Virus record (IMG/VR): IMGVR_UViG_3300020356_000001
Coordinates: 1 to 64,000 of that record
Length of the DNA: 64,000 bases
Direction: 5' to 3' (one strand)
DNA from: a virus
Taxonomy: Duplodnaviria; Caudoviricetes
Shown: positions 10,361 through 16,903 of the stretch, in pieces
How the letters are laid out: every line of letters begins with the position of its first letter
Position numbering within the stretch: the first letter of the stretch is position 1
Notes under the pieces: model-generated
The model's database searches: none
Told to the model about the DNA's origin: nothing
Seen by the model: only the letters and a program-made list of their open reading frames with translations
Position numbers and translations under genes: made by a program

Positions 10361-10602
10361 TAACCCGCCTCCACAAAAATACACTCACCCGGACATTCTT
10401 CAGCAGCATCAATAACAGCCTCCGCTAAATCATCAGGAACATTCACAGAATCCGCCATCTTATGAGTAGGTTCTTTAGGAATCTCAGACCCCGCTTCTTT
10501 AACATAAAAAAGCCCGTCATCATGTCCGTGAAAAATGCTTGGACAAATTTCCTCACACAACCCATCTCCTGTACATAAATCTTGGTCAATCCAAACCCTC
10601 AT
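10360..10602 (-). CDS. Ferredoxin (single cluster, CxxDxxC...CP, actinobacterial type)
   Basis: DQDLCTGDGLCEEICP...AAEECPGECI. Confidence 0.9.
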   Translation of the reverse strand: MRVWIDQDLCTGDGLCEEICPSIFHGHDDGLFYVKEAGSEIPKEPTHKMADSVNVPDDLAEAVIDAAEECPGECIFVEAG

Positions 10603-10704
10603 CTAACCAAACCACTCTCGTAACATCCGCGCTAACACCCCAACCACTAACGCTGTAGACAATATAAGGCACACCATTATCGCCGCTGCAAGATAGTCGT
10701 CCAA
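10603..10704 (-). CDS. Small membrane peptide (33 aa; not in ORF track)
   Basis: TTG start; MDDYLAAAIMVCLILSTALVVGVLARMLREWFG; stop abuts the ferredoxin ATG. Confidence 0.55.
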   Translation of the reverse strand: MDDYLAAAIMVCLILSTALVVGVLARMLREWFG

Positions 10705-10718
10705 ATTCCGACTTCTCT

Positions 10719-10832
10719 TTAACCGCACGCTTCGCACTCCTCTGGGTTCTCCAACCCACAAACAAGTTCTTCATCATCATCCAACCCGTCAAGAACCTCC
10801 CAAGCCTCAACAGAGAAACCACCCGCGCTCAC
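10719..10832 (-). CDS. Acidic mini-protein ending in CxxC (37 aa; not in ORF track)
   Basis: GTG start overlaps the previous TGA; MSAGGFSVEAWEVLDGLDDDEELVCGLENPEECEACG. Confidence 0.65.
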   Translation of the reverse strand: MSAGGFSVEAWEVLDGLDDDEELVCGLENPEECEACG

Positions 10833-10942
10833 TTGCGCTTTTTAGAATGAGTTATCTTCTTGCCTGTGCGCTTAGAAGCAGCCTTAGCCGCAGCACGCCC
10901 CTTAGCCGTATACGAATAATGTTTACCACCAACCTTAGGCAT
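10829..10942 (-). CDS. Lys/Arg-rich basic peptide (37 aa; not in ORF track)
   Basis: MPKVGGKHYSYTAKGRAAAKAASKRTGKKITHSKKRK; AAGGA upstream. Confidence 0.65.
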   Translation of the reverse strand: MPKVGGKHYSYTAKGRAAAKAASKRTGKKITHSKKRK

Positions 10943-11393
10943 CTTTAACCATCCTTAAATTAATCACCTCAGCCTCTAAAGCCTCAGCAAGTTCCTCATC
11001 TGAATAGCCTTCAATGTCCCGTTCGTCATCCACAACAACTTTCCGCTTAGGAGTGAACTTGTCAATATATTGCAAATACAAAGAAGCAGCCTTCACATCG
11101 CCATCGGATGCCCTCTGCCAGAGCGAATCAATCACGCTCTGCACCCTTTCAGGGTTGATGTTCAGTTCCGCTGCGCGCCTATCCCACTCTTTAATGAAAC
11201 GTGCGTCACGTTTTATTCGCCGGATTGAATCCTCGTGGATTTTATTTTCTGAAGCCCAGTCTCTTTGCGTACGCGGTTCACGTTCGTTTCCTTGTAGGAG
11301 CCAGTCCAGAAGTTTCTGCCAATTCTTTGGCATGACATGCTGTCCTGTTTCTTCGTCCCACTTCCAACCTTTTCCTCCACCGTTTTGCGGCAT
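10935..11393 (-). CDS. Terminase small subunit-like HTH protein
   Basis: 152 aa upstream of TerL; SLWQRASDGDVKAASLYLQYIDKF helical motif typical of TerS-like proteins. Confidence 0.65.
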   Translation of the reverse strand: MPQNGGGKGWKWDEETGQHVMPKNWQKLLDWLLQGNEREPRTQRDWASENKIHEDSIRRIKRDARFIKEWDRRAAELNINPERVQSVIDSLWQRASDGDVKAASLYLQYIDKFTPKRKVVVDDERDIEGYSDEELAEALEAEVINLRMVKDA

Positions 11394-11567
11394 TTATTCA
11401 TCCTTTGATTCCCAGTCGCTAATAAGATTAGACATCATGTTCATCGCGTCTTGAGGATCTTCAAAAAGTTCCCTGACACGGTTATCTTGAATAACCGCCC
11501 AGTGGAAGTATCCAACATGATCTAAGACCTTTTTCACTTCTACTTTTGTTTTGAGGTTGGTATTCAT
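11394..11567 (-). CDS. Hypothetical protein (57 aa; not in ORF track)
   Basis: MNTNLKTKVEVKKVLDHVGYFHWAVIQDNRV...; stop abuts the TerS start; TACAAT just upstream. Confidence 0.55.
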   Translation of the reverse strand: MNTNLKTKVEVKKVLDHVGYFHWAVIQDNRVRELFEDPQDAMNMMSNLISDWESKDE

Positions 11568-11569
11568 AT

Positions 11570-12100
11570 GACATCTATTGTATGCGATAAGTGTCCCATT
11601 CGGGCATTCATAATAAAGATAGCACTATCTGAAATACATATCAAAAACTTTGTAAAAGATCGGGACAAAACAACTATACTGTAGTACTAGTACTTAGTAT
11701 CATCCTCAGCCCCTCAGGCAGAGGATGGTACTAGAATCCTTACTAAATCCCTTCGGCGCATACAGGCACCAAGTATGAGAAATATACAACCGCAGGGGAG
11801 TCTATGGGTATCTATACATATACTTAGAATCGTAGGGTACCCCCCGCAGGGGGGTGGGGTGCGGTGGTTCGGCGTGCGCGCGCGCTAGAGGTTCGTACTA
11901 CGTACGAAAAGCGCTAGAACTAAACGAAAATTGCCTCGCACACGCACGTATACGTACGCATAATGCACGGGCAAGCGGACATGCGGGAGACTCTGGCAAC
12001 CCTACGTAGTAGATGGTGGCTGGCTGGCTGGCTACTTCTCCTCTGAGTTATTTCCTCTTGAACGAAGTGAAAGAGGTAAATAACCTCAGAAGGAGAAAAG
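11570..12100. promoter_or_regulatory. Divergent control region / probable genome-end region of phage A
   Basis: Non-coding gap between divergent operons; ACCCCCC-GCA-GGGGGGT hairpin at 11839-11855; GC-rich tract; (TGGC)4 at 12017-12032. Confidence 0.6.
12036..12097 (+). promoter_or_regulatory. Conserved-loop hairpin 1 (loop TGAACGAAGTGAA, 12059-12071)
   Basis: ~22-bp imperfect stem whose 3' arm contains the AGGAG RBS of 12102. Confidence 0.8.
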
Positions 12101-12101
12101 A

Positions 12102-12428
12102 ATGAAAAACGAAAATGTGGAAATTTTGAATCTCGGTTCAGCATCGGGGATTCGCTATGAACTTCGGATCATAAGAGATGAAGTTACGCCTACAACTCCG
12201 AAGGAGTCGGTTCGTCCTGTTGTGAAGATGACGAAGGCTGACCGTAAGGTCAAGAATCAGAAGTTAATGCGTAGCATTAATGGGAAGTTGGCGGCTGCTA
12301 CTAAGGCGACTGATAAGGCTAAAGCCTTGGTGTTCTTGAAGGATGCTCAGGCTTTGACTCCAGCAAACTGGAGTGGTGTTCAGGCTCAGATAGAGCGCAA
12401 GTATGTGGCTCTGGGACTAGGTAACTAG
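12102..12428 (+). CDS. Early basic protein (paralog of 13713-14081)
   Basis: RKVKNQKLMRSINGKLAAATKA vs RKAHNQRLNRKINGMLANATKA. Confidence 0.75.
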   Translation: MKNENVEILNLGSASGIRYELRIIRDEVTPTTPKESVRPVVKMTKADRKVKNQKLMRSINGKLAAATKATDKAKALVFLKDAQALTPANWSGVQAQIERKYVALGLGN

Positions 12429-12602
12429 TCTCGGGGTTTGGTGTGGGTCGTGTGGATGCGATCAACTTTGTTCCAGTGTGAGAGATAACTGGTTAGACCC
12501 ACACTTTTACCTACGGTATTGTCTCCGATTTGACAGCCGTTCGGTTCGGACATATAATGTAAGGATGCGATTGCAAAAGTTGCTCTCGCCGAAAGGAAAA
12601 TA

Positions 12603-12830
12603 ATGAATACAGATACAAACACAACTACAGACACGATTGATGTCGAACCTAATTGGAAATTCATGAAAGAATTTACCAAGCGTGCTATATGCGAAGGCTC
12701 GATTGCAGGTGTAACCGTGACCGCAAAAGGGCGTGAGAATATGGAAGCCATGCTCGCCTCATATGAGGAAATTGTGGTCTACCTTGCTTCTGATGCAGGT
12801 CAAGCACGGGAGAAGGAAAGGGGGTTCTAA
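12603..12830 (+). CDS. Early hypothetical protein
   Basis: 75 aa with AAGGA RBS. Confidence 0.7.
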   Translation: MNTDTNTTTDTIDVEPNWKFMKEFTKRAICEGSIAGVTVTAKGRENMEAMLASYEEIVVYLASDAGQAREKERGF

Positions 12831-12885
12831 GTCTTAATAAAATCTCTTTGAACAAAGTGAAAAGAGATTTTTTAAGAACTTAGAA
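12825..12885 (+). promoter_or_regulatory. Conserved-loop hairpin 2 (loop TGAACAAAGTGAA, 12849-12861)
   Basis: ~24-bp imperfect stem; precedes 12905. Confidence 0.8.
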
Positions 12886-12904
12886 TCTCAACGAAAGGAA
12901 ACAT

Positions 12905-13195
12905 ATGAAACAAAGCAATTTAGCAAATTTGGTAGACGATGCGTTCTATCATGGTGATGCTCAGGCATCAGGGTACAGGTGGACAGCCAAACGCCATCCT
13001 ATGTCTGTAATAATCACGCATCATTCGACACCTATGTTCAAGGTGTGGTTCTCAAACGTGGGTGGCATAAATGCCCATAGCGTTGAGGCTATAGACAGGG
13101 GTTACGGCTCCATGTCAGACAGGTGTGGAGTTCGTAGAATCACCGAAGGTGCCGGTGTTGGCATCGGATATAAGGAACTCTACGACGAGGAGTAA
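12905..13195 (+). CDS. Early hypothetical protein
   Basis: 96 aa with AAGGA RBS. Confidence 0.7.
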   Translation: MKQSNLANLVDDAFYHGDAQASGYRWTAKRHPMSVIITHHSTPMFKVWFSNVGGINAHSVEAIDRGYGSMSDRCGVRRITEGAGVGIGYKELYDEE

Positions 13196-13199
13196 AGTT

Positions 13200-13244
13200 T
13201 CGGTACTTAGTACTTTGAATGAAATGAAAAGTACTAAGTACCGA
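13200..13244 (+). promoter_or_regulatory. Conserved-loop hairpin 3 (loop TGAATGAAATGAA, 13216-13228)
   Basis: Perfect 16-bp stem TCGGTACTTAGTACTT/AAGTACTAAGTACCGA. Confidence 0.8.
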
Positions 13245-13296
13245 GTACTTTCTACAAAAAAAATCGTTGCGGCTTCGCCGCAGGAAGGAAATAACA

Positions 13297-13617
13297 ATGG
13301 AAACAATGCAAACACAATTACATAAGATTGCTCACCTGTTGTCATTCGATTATGACGCATACAAGGCTGTACCTAACATAAGTATTGGTATGAAGCGGGA
13401 AGCGTGGCGTTACGAGTTGTCTAACAACGAGCGTTTACGTTTGTATGGGGTGGACTTTAACGAATCGCCTATGCCGAATATGAAAACGGTTAAGGCATCA
13501 ATGGTACAGGAAGTACCTGCGTGGGGTATGACGTTGGTCGAGTATGAGCAATGGCACGCACAATCAGAGTTGGACGAGCAGGCGGCAGAGCCTGCCTATC
13601 TGCAAGAGGTGGCGTAA
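13297..13617 (+). CDS. Early hypothetical protein
   Basis: Likely start METMQ after an AAGGA RBS. Confidence 0.7.
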   Translation: METMQTQLHKIAHLLSFDYDAYKAVPNISIGMKREAWRYELSNNERLRLYGVDFNESPMPNMKTVKASMVQEVPAWGMTLVEYEQWHAQSELDEQAAEPAYLQEVA

Positions 13618-13631
13618 GCGAAGATCGGAGT

Positions 13632-13689
13632 ACTGACTCTTAATAAATCTCTTTGAACAAAGTGAAAAGAGATTGATTAAGAAGTCAGT
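13632..13689 (+). promoter_or_regulatory. Conserved-loop hairpin 4 (loop TGAACAAAGTGAA, 13654-13666)
   Basis: ~22-bp imperfect stem; precedes 13713. Confidence 0.8.
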
Positions 13690-13712
13690 CTAAGAAAATA
13701 GCAGGAGGTGCT

Positions 13713-14081
13713 ATGAGTAAAATGCAAAGCAGGATTGCGTTCGAGGGTGGTCACATTGATCTACCTGAGGGTGTGGTTTTGTCCGCAAAAGAGGAGCAAC
13801 TGATCGCTGCTGCACTTAAGGGTGTGATGGTGGACAGTTCTCAAACAGCGCAGGCTGAGGTAAGTAAATTACCTAGAGCCCAGCGCAAAGCACATAACCA
13901 ACGGCTGAATCGTAAGATCAACGGCATGTTGGCTAATGCAACCAAAGCGAGCAATGGCACGATTAAAGGTGGTGACAATAAGGTACGTGAGTATCTTAAT
14001 AACGCCGCTAAAGCATGCCCTTCGCATTGGGATAGTGTGCGCATTCGTATCGAGAATAAAAGGCTTGCCCTTTTAGGTTGA
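13713..14081 (+). CDS. Early basic protein (paralog of 12102-12428)
   Basis: AGGAGG RBS; shared C-terminal domain. Confidence 0.75.
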   Translation: MSKMQSRIAFEGGHIDLPEGVVLSAKEEQLIAAALKGVMVDSSQTAQAEVSKLPRAQRKAHNQRLNRKINGMLANATKASNGTIKGGDNKVREYLNNAAKACPSHWDSVRIRIENKRLALLG

Positions 14082-14154
14082 TGCGAGGTGGGTGCCAGCA
14101 GGAATTTGTAACTCCTGTATAGCAGGCGAGACAGCATTGCGACTGTCTTCCTGC

Positions 14155-14293
14155 TTGGTAGGGGTATAGTCGAAGTCAAGTGAGATATCTCTTGACGAGG
14201 GATGCAGGAGGACACTTTAAGAGGGCAATTCGCTTACTGAATTAAGCGAAACGACTGTCTTTTGATTGATCGGGTTCGAATCCCGACTACCCA
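14155..14293 (+). ncRNA. tRNA-like structured RNA (acceptor + long central domain + T-arm; no D-arm)
   Basis: T-arm TCGGG-TTCGAAT-CCCGA at 14270-14286; TTGGTAG/CTACCCA acceptor-like pairing; ATAGTCG/CGACTGT helix enclosing two hairpins. Confidence 0.5.
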
Positions 14294-14495
14294 CAATGCT
14301 ATGTGAGTAAGAGAACGTGACGGGTTAGCGCTCGTTAGGTGGAGTAGTACTGAGACACCAGCGTTGATGAAAACAAAGCAGGGGATACACATTTGATTCG
14401 ATAAGGAGATATCTTTATGTGGAATACACAGAACAGGGTACGAACATGCTCTCTACCGTCTGCTGTGGTTGTGTGTCCCCGACTTTTTCGCACAA

Positions 14496-14652
14496 GTTCT
14501 GCTAAAGCAGGAGTAATGGATGACTGTGGCGGTGTGCGCACGGTACTGGTCCCGAAGGGAGAATGTACTTGACCGAGTAGCAGAACAACATAATGGCAGG
14601 GTGCCAGTAAATACGGGGTCTTTCATTCCCCTTCCTTCGCTGGCATCCTGCC
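14496..14652 (+). ncRNA. Conserved two-domain structured element, copy A
   Basis: 72 of ~75 core nt identical to 47777-47929; covarying terminal stem; second hairpin with shared AATACGGGG. Confidence 0.75.
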
Positions 14653-14683
14653 TGTTACAACAGTTCACTAGGAGGTGAAGATT

Positions 14684-14896
14684 ATGCCATCATTGGCAAG
14701 TAAAAAAGTTAAAGCGTTCATACGTTTCGAGTATGAAACTGAAATGATTATTGACATGCCCGCAGAGGAAAGTGTTAGTTGCGTGAGAGATCATATTAAA
14801 GTTCCTTTGCCTGAAACTTTTGACAAGTTGGAGTGGATAGACACAGTTGTGTACAGGGCAGAGGGTGTGGATACTAATGAAATATGGGAGTTATAA
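14684..14896 (+). CDS. Hypothetical protein
   Basis: AGGAGG RBS; ATG at 14684. Confidence 0.65.
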   Translation: MPSLASKKVKAFIRFEYETEMIIDMPAEESVSCVRDHIKVPLPETFDKLEWIDTVVYRAEGVDTNEIWEL

Positions 14897-15154
14897 ATGT
14901 TATTAGCAGTTTATGAGGCTTACGCTAATTGCACGGCGGCAACTCCGTGCGAAGATAAAAGTTCGTTAACTATTAACGATTTCGTAGGCGAGGCATGGTG
15001 GTTTATCGCCGGTGTTCTCGTAACTGGATGGGTGTATGAACTCGTCAGACGTAAACGATTAAAGCGCTTACGTAAGAAGTCATACCGTTCAGGGTTGGAG
15101 GCATTACGTAATGTCACAGGCAACGTCTACGATGATAAGAAAGACAAACACTAG
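14897..15154 (+). CDS. Single-TM membrane protein
   Basis: AWWFIAGVLVTGWVYEL followed by a basic cluster. Confidence 0.7.
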   Translation: MLLAVYEAYANCTAATPCEDKSSLTINDFVGEAWWFIAGVLVTGWVYELVRRKRLKRLRKKSYRSGLEALRNVTGNVYDDKKDKH

Positions 15155-15164
15155 GAGGTGTGTG

Positions 15165-16193
15165 TTGAATTTAAGTACAATAGATAATCGTGCTGAACAT
15201 GAACACAACTGGATACAACGTGTTAATGATGCGTTGCCACGTTCTGTTCACGCACAAGCAACGGCTGTTGACGCAAACTTTGATGTCCTTTATGAGACAT
15301 TAGGGTGGCAACATCCAGACACTTCGCATTTTGTGTGGAATACATACAATCGAGGTGCATATAAGGGGCAACCAACCGATCAGGTTATTCTACGTGCAGA
15401 TAATTACCTGCCGATGGGTAACGTATCAGGTCAGTACCCTGACCGTGACGGGTATCGTCATGTCTACGATGTGTTAGAGGACATGTTCCCACAGAGTTGT
15501 GAGAGTGTGACCATGTACGGTGGTGGACAGCAAGTGGTTGTTGAGCAGGTGCTTAACGATGAAGAACCCATTGACTTAGGTGATGGTGATGTGTTGCAAC
15601 CTTTCATTTATACTCGTATGAGTTTGAATCAGGTTTGGAAAACTGAAATCATTCCTGTGTCTAAGCGTCTGGCGTGTGAGAACATGCTGGGTACTGGTGG
15701 TCACATCATTGGTGTGCGTGCTACTAAGAACCACGATCAGATTCTTTCGCAGAAAGTTGTGGAAGAATCACAAAAGCAAGGGTTGATTATCGCAAGGATG
15801 GCTCGTGTGATGAAAGATAAACCTTTCACAGACAACCAGTTCATGTCGATGATGGATTCGTTGTTGCCTTTATACACAGTGGTCGATGATGTCACTGAAC
15901 GTACTCGTCAGAACATATTGAATAAGCGTACTGCTATACGTCAAGCATGGAGACAAGAACATCCTAATATGTGGGGCGCATACAACGCTTTTCAAGGTGC
16001 TGAACAGCATCGAATAAACATCGGCAACTATGCCGGTACGAACAAACAGTTTCGTGTGCTGGGAGAAACAGTAACTGCACAGGAAAAGTGTTTGCTCAAA
16101 ACTTTAGATGCTAAGGGAACCAAGATAGCGGACGAGGCAGAGGCTTACTTACAAGGTCTGATTAGTTACGCTCACTCAGAAGAACCTTTTTAA
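15165..16193 (+). CDS. DUF932/DUF945-like phage/plasmid protein
   Basis: RLACENML, RATKNHD and NMWGAYNAFQGAEQH motifs; start placed after AGGAGG. Confidence 0.7.
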   Translation: MNLSTIDNRAEHEHNWIQRVNDALPRSVHAQATAVDANFDVLYETLGWQHPDTSHFVWNTYNRGAYKGQPTDQVILRADNYLPMGNVSGQYPDRDGYRHVYDVLEDMFPQSCESVTMYGGGQQVVVEQVLNDEEPIDLGDGDVLQPFIYTRMSLNQVWKTEIIPVSKRLACENMLGTGGHIIGVRATKNHDQILSQKVVEESQKQGLIIARMARVMKDKPFTDNQFMSMMDSLLPLYTVVDDVTERTRQNILNKRTAIRQAWRQEHPNMWGAYNAFQGAEQHRINIGNYAGTNKQFRVLGETVTAQEKCLLKTLDAKGTKIADEAEAYLQGLISYAHSEEPF

Positions 16194-16304
16194 TACTACA
16201 CTGGTAGTCAGATGGTCGAGGTATCCACCTCCCCCTCCGACTATCTCGCAGGGGTGCGTCTGCGTATCAACGCACTCAACAATCCACTACTTTAGGAGGT
16301 AATT

Positions 16305-16775
16305 ATGTGGACATTTACAACTGACGGATTCTTTTCCGTTGTCGCTCATAAAAGTATGAAATTAAAGCACACTCATCTTATGGTGCGTGCGCGTGACAAA
16401 GAATCTTTAGAGAATCTTGCGTACAAGTTGTCTCAATTAACTAAAACATTACCTGCATATAATGCAGAGCATAAGTTTATGAAACCTGTTCAGGCTAATG
16501 ACTTTTGGCTTGACAAAATAAAAGAAAGTCCAAATGCAGATTATCCTTACAGGATGACCATGTTGCGTGAAACATGGGCGCAGTACATGAGCCTGTACAT
16601 AGAGAACCATAATCATATTAACTTTGATGAGCGTAAGGCTGACTTGCAGTACACAAACTTTAAAGATGCGTGTGATAGGGCAGGTTTTGATGCGGCTAAA
16701 CTTATTGCGTTACATAGGGTGTGGGAAACTATGGCATATGACTGGGATGACGCTCGATTTATCACAAGCAAATGA
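16305..16775 (+). CDS. Conserved phage hypothetical protein
   Basis: MWTFTTDGFFSVV...VRAR...ADYPYR pattern; AGGAGG RBS. Confidence 0.75.
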   Translation: MWTFTTDGFFSVVAHKSMKLKHTHLMVRARDKESLENLAYKLSQLTKTLPAYNAEHKFMKPVQANDFWLDKIKESPNADYPYRMTMLRETWAQYMSLYIENHNHINFDERKADLQYTNFKDACDRAGFDAAKLIALHRVWETMAYDWDDARFITSK

Positions 16776-16903
16776 TTAAAGAACTTTGTTCTTTGTGCAA
16801 ACAACAACTACATTCAGATGATCTAGGACATGAACATCCAGAAACATATGAACCTATTTGCACTGAATGTAGGTTTGCTGTTCAATCAGATAGGAAATTA
16901 TGA
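16772..16903 (+). CDS. Small CxxC...CxxC zinc-ribbon peptide (43 aa; not in ORF track)
   Basis: MIKELCSLCKQ...PICTECRF; ATGA overlaps at both ends. Confidence 0.55.
   Translation: MIKELCSLCKQQLHSDDLGHEHPETYEPICTECRFAVQSDRKL

Noticed and set aside
10586-10822. 78-aa ORF from the track
   Set aside because: Better explained by two coupled smaller ORFs in other frames (10719-10832 and 10603-10704).
14155-14293. Canonical tRNA or tmRNA gene
   Set aside because: No D-arm or anticodon arm geometry, no tag reading frame or pseudoknot region, and too short for tmRNA. Kept only as tRNA-like.
14417-14572. Protein coding as the reason for A/B sequence conservation
   Set aside because: The phage B copy has an upstream in-frame stop, no start and a 1-nt indel; the substitutions track base-pairing.
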